From Candidatus Eiseniibacteriota bacterium (GTDB taxonomy: Bacteria; Eisenbacteria; RBG-16-71-46): 64,000 bases of DNA. The DNA lies in contig OY970342.1 of assembly GCA_963717505.1 (NCBI GenBank), positions 3,136,001 through 3,200,000 of the forward strand. Reading direction: 5' to 3'. The translations under genes and the position numbers were made by a program. Under the pieces are notes generated by a model that ran no database searches, was not told the DNA's origin, and saw only the letters and a list, made by a program, of their open reading frames with translations. This document shows, one piece after another, positions 1-9,439 of the stretch (position 1 is its first letter; each line of letters begins with the position of its first letter).

Positions 1-794
1 CGCGGCTGGCGAACGTCCAGTGCCAGACCGAAGCCGATGCCGACCGGTGGCGCCGCCTGGGGGCGCTCGCCTCGCGGGTCGAAGTCAGCGGCAACCTCAA
101 GGACGATGCTCTGCCGCAACCCGCCGCCAGCCGGCCCGGTGCCAGGCTCGGCCTGGGACTCGATCCGCGCCGGCCGCTGCTGGTGCTCGGGAGCCTGCGA
201 CCGGGCGAGGGCTCGATCCTGGCGCGCGCCTGGTTGCGATTGCCGGAAGCGTTGCGGGTGACCTGGCAGGTGGTCGCGGTCGCTCGACATGCGCGCGCGG
301 CGGGCGAAATCCGCCGCGAACTGCGCGAACGCGGAATCGAGACCCAGGCCGTCGGGTCGGCCACCGCGGGGCGGCCGAGTGCGGCCGCGCGACAGTGGCT
401 GTGGGAGGAACGCCCTGGCGTGCTCGCGTCCTACTATTCCGCCGCCGACGTCGCGTTCGTCGGCGGCAGCCTGGTGCCGCTCGGGGGCCACAATCCGCTG
501 GAGCCGGCAGCCTGCGGGGTGCCGGTGATCATGGGACCGCACCATGCGACCCAGCGCGACGCGGTTCAGGCGTTGCGCAGCCACGGCGCGCTGATCGTCG
601 AGTCCACCGATCGTGGGGTGACCGAGGCACTGGGTCGTTGGCTCGCTGACGAACCGGCTCGTGGCAGCGCCGGCCGTGCAGCACTGGCGGTCGCCTCGGC
701 CCGGCGCGGCACCGCCCAGCGGGTGGCCGGTCATTTGGTCGCGCGGCGGTTGTGGCCGCCCCGCGAGGAGAAATCGGAGGTGGCCCGGCGATGA
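1..794 (+). CDS. waaA: 3-deoxy-D-manno-octulosonic acid (Kdo) transferase, 5'-truncated by the window edge
   Basis: C-terminal motif ADVAFVGGSLVPLGGHNPLEPAACGVPVIMGPH; stop overlaps the lpxK start. Confidence 0.9.
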   Translation, partial: RLANVQCQTEADADRWRRLGALASRVEVSGNLKDDALPQPAASRPGARLGLGLDPRRPLLVLGSLRPGEGSILARAWLRLPEALRVTWQVVAVARHARAAGEIRRELRERGIETQAVGSATAGRPSAAARQWLWEERPGVLASYYSAADVAFVGGSLVPLGGHNPLEPAACGVPVIMGPHHATQRDAVQALRSHGALIVESTDRGVTEALGRWLADEPARGSAGRAALAVASARRGTAQRVAGHLVARRLWPPREEKSEVARR

Positions 795-1750
795 CGGCGC
801 TGATGCGATGGGCGGCCGACGCCTACGGCGTGGCCTGGGATCTGCGCCGGCGATGGTACGCCGCAGGCCTCAAGACGCCGCGGCGCGTCGATGCGCGCGT
901 CGTCAGCATCGGCAATTTGACCGCGGGCGGCACCGGGAAGACCACGCTGGCACTCGACCTCGCGCGGCGCTGGCGCGCGGCCGGCGCGAATCCGGCCATC
1001 GTCTGCCGTCGCTATCGTCCGGGACCTTCGGGGCTCGGCGACGAGGAGCTGATGTTTCGCCGAGCGTTGGGTGACGAGACGGTGTTCGCCGGACGCAGCA
1101 AGCTGCGGCTGGCGGCGGCGGCGGTGGGCGCGGGACATCGTGAGATCCTGGTCGACGACGGTTTCTCGCACTGGCCGCTCGAGCGCGATCTGGATCTGGT
1201 ACTGATCGACGCGCGGGACCCCTGGGGCGGTGGTGCGCTGCTGCCGGCCGGGCGCCTGCGCGAACCGCACCGAGCACTCCAGCGTGCGGACCTGATCGTG
1301 GTCAGCCGGTTGGATCCCGGCGAGGACCCCGAAGTTCTGATCGACGCGCTGCGCCGCTACGCACCCGCCGCCGAGTTCGCGGCGGGGCGGCATCGGGTCG
1401 CGGGCGTGCGACCGCTGGGCGCAGGCGAAGTGAACTCCGAGGCGCGCGCGCTTCGCTACCGTCTGGTGACGGCGACCGGTTCGCCGGCGGCGGTCGAGCG
1501 CAGCGCCCGCGAAGCCGGCCTCGATCTTGCGGGTGTCGCGGTCTATCGCGATCATCACTGGTTCGCAGCGGGCGAGATCGAACACGAGCGGCGCGCGGCG
1601 GATGCCGCTGGAGCGCGCATCCTGCTCACCGGCAAGGATGCGGTGCGCTGGCCGGCAGCGTTCGCTTCCGGGGTCTGGGTGCTCGAGGTCGAATGGCAGT
1701 GGGTCCGTGGCGGCGAACGGGTCGTCGATCGAGTGCGAGGCGTGGCGTGA
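791..1750 (+). CDS. lpxK: tetraacyldisaccharide 4'-kinase
   Basis: VVSIGNLTAGGTGKT P-loop, LGDE, LVDDGFSH, LLPAGRLREP, DHH and LLTGKDAVR motifs. Confidence 0.93.
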   Translation: MTALMRWAADAYGVAWDLRRRWYAAGLKTPRRVDARVVSIGNLTAGGTGKTTLALDLARRWRAAGANPAIVCRRYRPGPSGLGDEELMFRRALGDETVFAGRSKLRLAAAAVGAGHREILVDDGFSHWPLERDLDLVLIDARDPWGGGALLPAGRLREPHRALQRADLIVVSRLDPGEDPEVLIDALRRYAPAAEFAAGRHRVAGVRPLGAGEVNSEARALRYRLVTATGSPAAVERSAREAGLDLAGVAVYRDHHWFAAGEIEHERRAADAAGARILLTGKDAVRWPAAFASGVWVLEVEWQWVRGGERVVDRVRGVA

Positions 1751-3414
1751 AGCGACCGCGCGCCACACGTTCGGGCCTGGGGAGCGCCGACACCGACGTG
1801 CTCGTGCTCGGCAGCGGCATCGCGGGCCTGAGCCTGGCGCTCGCCGCGGCGGCGTTCGCCGACGTCCTGATCCTGACCAAACGGCGGGCTCAGGACGCGA
1901 ACACCAACATGGCGCAGGGCGGGATTGCGGCCGTGTTCGGCGGCGACGACAGCGACGACCGCCACGTGCGCGACACGCTGCGCTGCGGAGCCGGGTTGTG
2001 CGACCCGGACGTGGTGCGCGACGTGGTGCACCAGGGGCCGGAGCGCGTCCGTGAGCTGGCCGCACTCGGGGTCGCCTTCAGCCGCGGTCGCGGCGGATTC
2101 GAACTCGGGCGGGAAGGCGGACATTCGCGGCGTCGCATCGTCCACGCCGGCGACCTGACCGGGCAGGAGATCGAGCGCGCGCTGATCGCCCAGGTGCGCG
2201 CGCATCCCCGCATTCGCATGTTCGAGGACCAGCTGGCGGTCGATCTGATCCTCGAGTCGCGCCTGTCGCGGAGGCCGCGCGGTCGCGCACGCGAACGCTG
2301 CTGGGGCGCCTACATCCTGGACCGGCCGAGCGGCCGCATCCGGCCGGTGCGCGCCCGGGCGACGGTGCTCGCCACCGGGGGCTGCGGCAAGGTCTACCTG
2401 TACACCAGCAACCCGGACATCGCGACCGGCGACGGACTGGCGATGGCCTACCGGGCCGGCGCCTCGGTCGCCAATCTCGAGTTCATGCAGTTCCATCCGA
2501 CGTGCCTGCATCACCCGCGCGCCAAGTCGTTCCTGCTGTCCGAGGCGCTGCGCGGCGAAGGCGCGGTCCTGCGCACCATGGACGGGACGCGGTTCATGTC
2601 GCGTTACCACCGCGACGGCGAGTTGGCGCCACGCGACGTCGTCGCCCGGGCCATCGACCGGGAGCTCAAGCGCCGCGGCGAACCCTACGTGCTGCTCGAT
2701 ATCACGCACCGGCCGGCCGCTCAGGTGCGCGCGCGTTTCCCGAATCTGGTGCGTTCGCTGAAGAGTTTCGATTTTGACCTGACGCGTGAACCAGTGCCGG
2801 TGGTGCCGGCGGCGCACTACATGTGCGGCGGTGTGCGCGCAACGCTGGCGGGCGAGACCGACCTCGCCGGGCTGCTGGCGCTGGGCGAGGTCGCGTGCAC
2901 CGGGCTCCACGGCGCCAATCGCCTGGCGAGCAATTCCCTGCTCGAGGCGGTGGTCTCGGCGCACGAAGCCGCCGAGCTGCTGCGCCGGCGCCTGCCCGAG
3001 GTTCCGCGGCCGCCGGCCGTCGATCCGTGGCGGGCGCACGGCATGCGGCCGCCCCAGGAGCAGGTCGTGTTCGATCACAACTGGGACGCGGTGCGGCGCG
3101 TGCTCTGGGACCTGGTCGGCATCGTGCGCACCGACGAGCGTCTGGCGTTCGCCGCCCGGCGCCTGGAGCTGCTCTCGGACGAGATCGAGCGTGACTACGT
3201 TCGCTTGCGCCTGCATCCCGACCTGATCGAGCTACGCAACATCGCGCTGGTCGGCACGCTGATCGTGCGCTCGGCGGCGCGCCGCCGGGAGAGCCGCGGG
3301 CTCCACTACAACCTCGACCACCCGCGCCGCTCGCCCGCCGGCGCCCAGCCCACGGTGCTTCGCGGGGGGGGCCGCCGCGCCGCGGTTGCCCGACGGTCCG
3401 CGGCCGACCTATAG
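1747..3414 (+). CDS. nadB: L-aspartate oxidase
   Basis: VLGSGIAG FAD motif, NTNMAQGGIA, REGGHSRRRIVH, FMQFHPT, HYMCGG, GLHGANRLASNSLLE, ESRGLHY; GTG start overlaps the lpxK stop. Confidence 0.95.
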   Translation: MKRPRATRSGLGSADTDVLVLGSGIAGLSLALAAAAFADVLILTKRRAQDANTNMAQGGIAAVFGGDDSDDRHVRDTLRCGAGLCDPDVVRDVVHQGPERVRELAALGVAFSRGRGGFELGREGGHSRRRIVHAGDLTGQEIERALIAQVRAHPRIRMFEDQLAVDLILESRLSRRPRGRARERCWGAYILDRPSGRIRPVRARATVLATGGCGKVYLYTSNPDIATGDGLAMAYRAGASVANLEFMQFHPTCLHHPRAKSFLLSEALRGEGAVLRTMDGTRFMSRYHRDGELAPRDVVARAIDRELKRRGEPYVLLDITHRPAAQVRARFPNLVRSLKSFDFDLTREPVPVVPAAHYMCGGVRATLAGETDLAGLLALGEVACTGLHGANRLASNSLLEAVVSAHEAAELLRRRLPEVPRPPAVDPWRAHGMRPPQEQVVFDHNWDAVRRVLWDLVGIVRTDERLAFAARRLELLSDEIERDYVRLRLHPDLIELRNIALVGTLIVRSAARRRESRGLHYNLDHPRRSPAGAQPTVLRGGGRRAAVARRSAADL

Positions 3415-3446
3415 TCGTTGCGCGGCACGTCCGCCGCACCCCCGCC

Positions 3447-3848
3447 ATGAGTTCTTCGGAGACCAACTTCTGGGACATCGTGGATGCGCTGCGTGAGCGC
3501 GATCCGCGTTACCGACGCGAAGCCTACGGCTTCGTGGTCGGGGCCCTCGGCCTGACCGTCCAGTCGCTGCCCCAGGAACGCAGGTCCGATCCGGTGCGCC
3601 GACACTTGACGGGGGGCGAGCTGTTGGCCGGGGTCATTCGGCTCGCGCGCCGCGAGTTCGGTGCGATGGCGCCCACGGTCTTTCGGGAATGGGGCGTGCG
3701 CGAGGGCGAGGACATCGGGCGCATCGTGTTCCAGCTGGTCGAGGCCGGTCAGCTGAGCGCACGACCCGAGGACACGCTCGAGGATTTTCGGGGCGGCCCC
3801 GACCTGCCCCGGGCCCTGGGCGAAACCAACGCGTCTGCGCGCCACTGA
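3447..3848 (+). CDS. conserved hypothetical protein, Minf_1886/TIGR04138-like
   Basis: RDPRYRREAYGFV, RHLTGGELL, FGAMAPTVFREWGV, EDIGRIVFQLVEAG and EDTLEDF match the remembered family pattern. Confidence 0.75.
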   Translation: MSSSETNFWDIVDALRERDPRYRREAYGFVVGALGLTVQSLPQERRSDPVRRHLTGGELLAGVIRLARREFGAMAPTVFREWGVREGEDIGRIVFQLVEAGQLSARPEDTLEDFRGGPDLPRALGETNASARH

Positions 3849-3850
3849 TC

Positions 3851-5701
3851 GTGCGCGTCTACTTTCGTTTGCTCGAGACGCTCAAGCCGTACCGCGCCCG
3901 TCTGGCGGTCGCGATCGGTTGCATGGTGCTCTACAGCCTGAGCAGTGCGGTGTCGCTCGGACTGGTCGCGCCGTTCATGAAGGTCCTGTTCGAGCGGCCC
4001 GAGATCCGCGTGGTCGCGGGCCAGGTCGAGCCCGGGGCCGCGGTCGCGGATCCGGGACCGTCGCGCCTGGTCGGCTGGCCGGGACCGCTGAGGCGGTGGG
4101 CGGAGGGCGCGTTCCTCTCCGCGCGCCCGCTGGTGGCGCTCGAGCGGCTGTGCGTGTTCATCCTGGTGGCACTGCTCCTCAAGAATCTCGCCGACTACCT
4201 GCAGGCCTACCTCATGGTCTCGGTGGAACAGGCCGCGATTCGCGACCTGCGCAGCCGACTGTTCCGGCACCTGCTCCGCCTGCCGCTCGCCTACTTCCAC
4301 GGGCGGCGCAGCGGGGTGCTGGTGTCGCGCGTGACCAACGACGTCGAGTACCTGCGCGCCGCGCTGGCCAGCGGGGTCGGCAACCTGATCAAGGACTCGC
4401 TGACGCTGGCCGGGAGCGTGACCTGGATCGTGCTCGCCTCGTGGAAGATGGCGCTCCTGTCGGCGCTGGTCCTGCCCCCCGCGGCCTGGGCGCTGGTGGT
4501 GATCGGACGCAAGATGCGCAAGCGCTCGGGCACCGCCCAGGAGCGCATGGGCGACCTGACCAGCATCCTGCAGGAGGCGATCGGGGGGGCTCGCATCGTC
4601 AAGGCGTTCGGGATGGAGGAGCGCGAAGCGTCGCGCTTCGACGCGATCAACCAGCGTTTCTATCGGGCGTTCGTGCGGCTGCGTCGGGTTTCCGCCGCCG
4701 CCCGTCCGGTGAGCGAGTACCTGATCGTCCTGGTCGCGGTCACCATGTTGTGGATCGGCGGCCGCGAGATCTTCGTCAACCACAGTCTCGAGCCGCAGCA
4801 GTTCGTGCTGTTCGTGACCGCGTTGCTCTCGACGATCTCGCCGATCAAGAGCCTGGCCGAGGTGCACACCAACGTGCAGCAAGGCATGGCGGCGGCGGAC
4901 CGCGTGTTCGCGGTGCTCGATACGCCGCCGACCATCGTCGACCGGCCGGGGGCGAGAGCGCTGCCGCCGTTCCGGGACGTGATTCGCTATGAGGACGTGT
5001 CGTTCGCGTACGGCAGCAATCCGCCGGTGCTGCACGGCATCTCCTTCGAAATCCGCCGGGGCGAGATCGTGGCCCTGGTCGGGAGCAGCGGGGCGGGGAA
5101 GAGCACCGCCATGGACCTGCTCGCCCGCTTCCACGACCCGACCGGCGGGCGCATCACGGTCGACGGCGCCGACCTGCGCGACGTCACCGTCGCCTCGCTG
5201 CGCGATCAGCTCGGGATCGTGACCCAGGAGACGATCCTGTTCCACGACACCGTGCGCAACAACATCGCCTACGGCCGGCCCGACGCCGACGAAGCGGCGA
5301 TCCACGCCGCGGCCGAGGCGGCCAACGCCCACGACTTCATCGTGCGCATGACGGAAGGCTACGACACGGTGATCGGCGATCGCGGCGTGCGGATGTCGGG
5401 TGGTGAACGGCAGCGATTGGCGATTGCGCGCGCCCTACTGCGCAACCCGCCGGTCCTGTTGCTCGACGAGGCGACGTCGTCGCTCGACCTCGAGAGCGAG
5501 CGTCTGGTTCAGGAAGCACTCGAGCGGCTGATGCGCGACCGTACGGTGCTGGTCATCGCCCACCGGCTGACCACCGTTCAGCACGCGGATCGCATCATCG
5601 TGCTCGAGCGCGGGCAGGTCGCCGCCAGCGGCACTCATCCGCAGCTGCTCGAGCAAGACGGACTCTACCGGCGGCTCCACGAGCTCCAGTTCGTCGCGTG
5701 A
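3851..5701 (+). CDS. msbA: lipid A flippase-type ABC exporter (fused TMD and NBD)
   Basis: TM domain, GSSGAGKST Walker A, MSGGERQR signature, LLLDEATSSLD; LPS gene context. Confidence 0.85.
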   Translation: MRVYFRLLETLKPYRARLAVAIGCMVLYSLSSAVSLGLVAPFMKVLFERPEIRVVAGQVEPGAAVADPGPSRLVGWPGPLRRWAEGAFLSARPLVALERLCVFILVALLLKNLADYLQAYLMVSVEQAAIRDLRSRLFRHLLRLPLAYFHGRRSGVLVSRVTNDVEYLRAALASGVGNLIKDSLTLAGSVTWIVLASWKMALLSALVLPPAAWALVVIGRKMRKRSGTAQERMGDLTSILQEAIGGARIVKAFGMEEREASRFDAINQRFYRAFVRLRRVSAAARPVSEYLIVLVAVTMLWIGGREIFVNHSLEPQQFVLFVTALLSTISPIKSLAEVHTNVQQGMAAADRVFAVLDTPPTIVDRPGARALPPFRDVIRYEDVSFAYGSNPPVLHGISFEIRRGEIVALVGSSGAGKSTAMDLLARFHDPTGGRITVDGADLRDVTVASLRDQLGIVTQETILFHDTVRNNIAYGRPDADEAAIHAAAEAANAHDFIVRMTEGYDTVIGDRGVRMSGGERQRLAIARALLRNPPVLLLDEATSSLDLESERLVQEALERLMRDRTVLVIAHRLTTVQHADRIIVLERGQVAASGTHPQLLEQDGLYRRLHELQFVA

Positions 5702-5723
5702 CCGCGGCCGCCGCAGACCCGGC

Positions 5724-6818
5724 ATGAGCGGGAGGCGCATGGTCGCGGTGCCGCCCGGAGGGTTCCGGCGCATCGCGGTGCTCCGGCTGTCGTCGCTCGG
5801 GGATGTGATCCTGGCGCTGCCGGTAGTCCACGCCCTGGCGAGGGCCTACCCCGAAGCCCGCCTCAGCTTTTGGGTCAAAGAGGAGTTCGGCGACGTCGTC
5901 CGCCACGACCCGCTAGTCGCGCACGTTCGGTCGCTCGAGCGCGACGCGCGACGGATCGAGGATCTGGTGTCGATGAGCGCCGAGCTCGAGGACGTGGACC
6001 TGATCGTCGACCTCCATGGCAGCGCCCGGACCGCGGTTCTGACCTGGCGCCAGCGGGCGCCGGTGCTGCGCGCGCCGCGCTATCGGATGCGACGTGCGCG
6101 GTGGGTGCATGCGCGCTGGAGCCGCCCGGCCCCGGTGCCGCGGACCCTCGAGCGATATGCCGCGGCCCTGGCTCCGATCGGCCTCCGAGTCGAGGGCGAT
6201 CCGCGGATGACCGCCGGCGATGAGGCCGAGCGGTGGGCGGACGAGTGGCTGGCAGGCTGGGGGCCTGGAACGGCTCCGCGGACCGCGACCGGCTCGTCGT
6301 CGGGGGCCGGGCCGTCGCCGATTGCGCTCTGCCCGGGTGCTCATCATGCGACCAAGCGCTGGCCCGAGGCCCACTGGCTCTCGCTCCACGACCAACTGCT
6401 CGAACGAGGTCACGCGCTGCTCTACCTGGTGACCGCCGCCGAGCGCGAGAGCTTCCCCGAGCTGGCGGCGCGCGTGGCGCGCGACGATCGCGCCCGGTGG
6501 CTCGAAGCCTCGATCCCGAAGGTCGCCGCACTCCTGTCGCGTTGCGGCGGCGCGGTGTCGTCCGACAGCGGGCTCATGCACCTGGCGGCCGCGCGCGGCT
6601 GTCGCGTGGTCGCGCTGTTCGGCAGCACGTCCCCGGTTCTCGGTTTCGCGCCGGCGGGAACCGGACACGTCGTGCTGTGTCGGAACGAGCCGTGCCAGCC
6701 GTGCACGCTCCACGGCCGGGCCAGCTGCCCCAAGAAACACTTTCGCTGCATGAACCTGCTGACGCCGGAACCGGTTCTCGAGGCCCTGGCCGCGATCGGA
6801 TCACGAGCCGCCCCGTGA
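5724..6818 (+). CDS. GT9 family glycosyltransferase (LPS heptosyltransferase-like)
   Basis: LRLSSLGDVIL, DLHGS, PGAHHATKRWP, DSGLMHLAAA, VALFGST, CQPC..HG..CP...FRCM. Confidence 0.9.
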   Translation: MSGRRMVAVPPGGFRRIAVLRLSSLGDVILALPVVHALARAYPEARLSFWVKEEFGDVVRHDPLVAHVRSLERDARRIEDLVSMSAELEDVDLIVDLHGSARTAVLTWRQRAPVLRAPRYRMRRARWVHARWSRPAPVPRTLERYAAALAPIGLRVEGDPRMTAGDEAERWADEWLAGWGPGTAPRTATGSSSGAGPSPIALCPGAHHATKRWPEAHWLSLHDQLLERGHALLYLVTAAERESFPELAARVARDDRARWLEASIPKVAALLSRCGGAVSSDSGLMHLAAARGCRVVALFGSTSPVLGFAPAGTGHVVLCRNEPCQPCTLHGRASCPKKHFRCMNLLTPEPVLEALAAIGSRAAP

Positions 6819-6850
6819 TCCAGGGCAGGAATCGATCGGGCCGGCGCGCC

Positions 6851-6880
6851 TTGTCCACAGCGAAGACCGGCTCCTATACT
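6851..6880 (+). promoter_or_regulatory. sigma70-type promoter for proS
   Basis: TTGTCC-N18-TATACT in the intergenic gap. Confidence 0.6.
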
Positions 6881-6930
6881 GCTGCACTTCGCCGCGACTC
6901 GTCCGTGCGCGCGTACTTCCGGGAGCCCTC

Positions 6931-8379
6931 GTGACCACCGAATCAAAAGACGACGTTCGCTTCGTCGAAGAGCTGACCGACCAGACGGATGACTTCGGGC
7001 GCTGGTACACCGAGGTCGTGCGCAAGGCCCAGCTCGCCGACTACACCCCGGTGCGCGGGTGCATGGTGATTCGTCCCTACGGCTTCGGGCTGTGGGAGAA
7101 CATGCAGGCCGCACTCGATCGGAGAATCAAGGAGACCGGCCACCAGAACGCCTATTTTCCGATGCTGATCCCCGAGTCGCTGCTCCAGCTCGAGGCCGAC
7201 CACGTCGAGGGCTTCGCTCCCCAGGTCGCATGGGTGACCCATGGCGGCAACGAGAAACTCGAGGAGCGCCTGGCCATCCGCCCGACCAGCGAGGCGATCA
7301 TCGGACACATGTATTCGCGCTGGATCGAGTCGTATCGCGACTTGCCGGTGCTGATCAATCAGTGGGCGAACGTCATGCGCTGGGAGAAGGTGACCCGGCT
7401 GTTCCTGCGCACCGCCGAGTTCCTGTGGCAGGAGGGACACACCGCTCACGCCACCGCCCAGGAATGCCAGGAGGAAGTCCTGCGCATGCTGGAGGTCTAC
7501 CGCGAATTCGTCGAAACCGAGCTGGCAATTCCGGTCTACGCGGGGCGGAAGAGCGCGGCCGAGAAGTTCGCTGGCGCCGAGATGACCTATTCGATCGAGG
7601 CACTGATGCGCGACGGACGCGCACTCCAGGCGGGGACGTCGCACAACCTCGGACAGCACTTCGCCAAGGTGTTCGACATCACCTATCAGGACGAAGCCGG
7701 CAAACGGCAGCACGTGTGGCAGACGTCGTGGGGGGTTTCGACCCGTCTGATCGGTGCCCTGATCATGACCCACGGAGACGACCAGGGGCTCAAACTGCCG
7801 CCGCGGGTGGCGCCGGTCCAGGCCGTGCTGGTCCCGATCTGGCGCAAGGACGCCGAGCGCGCCGCAGTGCTCGAGTTCGTGGCCCGGGTGCGCGAAACTC
7901 TGGCCGGCCGCGTTCGCCTGCACATCGACGACCGCGACCAGTATTCGCCCGGATGGAAGTACAACGAGTACGAATTGCGCGGGGTGCCGGTTCGGCTCGA
8001 GGTCGGCCCGCGCGATGTGGCCCAACAGTCGGTGATGTCGGTGCGCAGGGATACGCGCGCCAAGGAGCCGATCCCGATCGCGCAGCTGGCCGAGCGGCTG
8101 CCGGTAATCCTCGACGAGATCCAGCGCGATCTGTTCGCCGCCGCGCAGCGTTTCCGCGCCGAGAACACCGTGCTCGCGCGCACGCCGGCCGAGCTCGAAG
8201 CGCACTTCGCCGAACGGCGCGGGTTCGTGGCGCTGCCGTGGGCCGATGACGCCGCGCTCGAGGCGACGATCAAGGAGAAGACCGGAGCGACGCTGCGCTG
8301 CGTGCCGGTCGATCCGGCCGTCCAGGAGGCCCTGGCCCCCCAGGGCGGTCCGGTGGCGCTCTTCGCTCGCGCGTACTGA
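6931..8379 (+). CDS. proS: proline--tRNA ligase, archaeal/eukaryote-like type without editing insertion
   Basis: RPTSE, QWANVMRWE, FLRTAEFLWQEGHT, QAGTSHNLGQHF, C-terminal ARAY. Confidence 0.96.
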   Translation: MTTESKDDVRFVEELTDQTDDFGRWYTEVVRKAQLADYTPVRGCMVIRPYGFGLWENMQAALDRRIKETGHQNAYFPMLIPESLLQLEADHVEGFAPQVAWVTHGGNEKLEERLAIRPTSEAIIGHMYSRWIESYRDLPVLINQWANVMRWEKVTRLFLRTAEFLWQEGHTAHATAQECQEEVLRMLEVYREFVETELAIPVYAGRKSAAEKFAGAEMTYSIEALMRDGRALQAGTSHNLGQHFAKVFDITYQDEAGKRQHVWQTSWGVSTRLIGALIMTHGDDQGLKLPPRVAPVQAVLVPIWRKDAERAAVLEFVARVRETLAGRVRLHIDDRDQYSPGWKYNEYELRGVPVRLEVGPRDVAQQSVMSVRRDTRAKEPIPIAQLAERLPVILDEIQRDLFAAAQRFRAENTVLARTPAELEAHFAERRGFVALPWADDAALEATIKEKTGATLRCVPVDPAVQEALAPQGGPVALFARAY

Positions 8380-8398
8380 CGCCGGCCGCGGCGGGCCC

Positions 8399-9439
8399 AT
8401 GACGCTTTCCCGCATCGTGGTCCGGCTCCCGAACTGGCTCGGGGATCTGTTGATGTCGCGACCGGCGTTGCATGCCCTGAGGGTCCGGTATCCACGCGCC
8501 GAGTTGCGGGCGTTGACCACGCCCGGGCTGGCGACACTCGCGGCGTGGGAGGCGGGGTGGAGCACGGTGGACGGGTGGCCGGCGCCGAGCGGTGATCGCG
8601 AGGAGTGCGTGCAGACGCTGAGGCGATGGCAGCCCGACGCGGCCCTGGTGCTGCCGCCTTCCTTTTCGAGCGCCTGGTGGATGCGGCGCACCCGGGCCCG
8701 CATCCGGGTGGGCTATCGCGGCGAAGGCCGCGCGCTGTTGTTGACCCGTGCGCCGCGCAGGGTGGCGCGGGGGTCGCTGCACCTGGCGGCCGAGTACCTG
8801 AATCTGGTGCGGTGGCTGGCCGGTGACGTCCCGCCCTCGAATTGCCCGGATGAGGGATCGGAACTGAGCCAGGCGATAGCGGCGCTTCCATCTCTGCGCG
8901 TGCCCGAGCGCGGCAGAGAACGCGCGGCAGAGTTGCTCGAGGCGCGCGGTGTGCGCGGACGGTTCGCGGTGATCGGGCCCGGAGCGATCTACGGCCCAGC
9001 CAAGCGCTGGCGGCCCGAGCGATTTGCGACCGTCGGACGCGGATTGGCGGCGGCGGGAATGCGGATTCTCGCCTGCGGCGTGCGCGCCGAACAGGACGCC
9101 TGCCTCGAGGTCGCGCGCGGAGTCGAAGGCGCCTTTTCGCTGGCGGGTGAAACCGACCTCGAGACCCAGGCGGCGTTGTGCGCTTCCGCCGCGCTCGTAG
9201 TCAGCAACGATTCCGGGCTCGGACATCTGGCCGCGGCCACCGGGGTTCCGACCCTGTCGATCTTCGGCTCGACCAGCAGCGCGTGGACCGCGCCGATCGG
9301 CCCGCGCGTTCGGATCGTCCAGGACGCTCCGGTGTGCGCTCCGTGCTTCCAGCGCACCTGCGAGATCGGGTATCGCTGCCTTGAAGCGGTGTCTGCCGAA
9401 CGCGTGCTGGCCGCCTGCCGGGAACTGTTGGCCGCGTGA
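8399..9439 (+). CDS. waaF: LPS heptosyltransferase II (GT9)
   Basis: VRLPNWLGDLLM, LPPSFSSA, PGAIYGPAKRW, VSNDSGLGHLAAA, CAPCFQRTC. Confidence 0.88.
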   Translation: MTLSRIVVRLPNWLGDLLMSRPALHALRVRYPRAELRALTTPGLATLAAWEAGWSTVDGWPAPSGDREECVQTLRRWQPDAALVLPPSFSSAWWMRRTRARIRVGYRGEGRALLLTRAPRRVARGSLHLAAEYLNLVRWLAGDVPPSNCPDEGSELSQAIAALPSLRVPERGRERAAELLEARGVRGRFAVIGPGAIYGPAKRWRPERFATVGRGLAAAGMRILACGVRAEQDACLEVARGVEGAFSLAGETDLETQAALCASAALVVSNDSGLGHLAAATGVPTLSIFGSTSSAWTAPIGPRVRIVQDAPVCAPCFQRTCEIGYRCLEAVSAERVLAACRELLAA

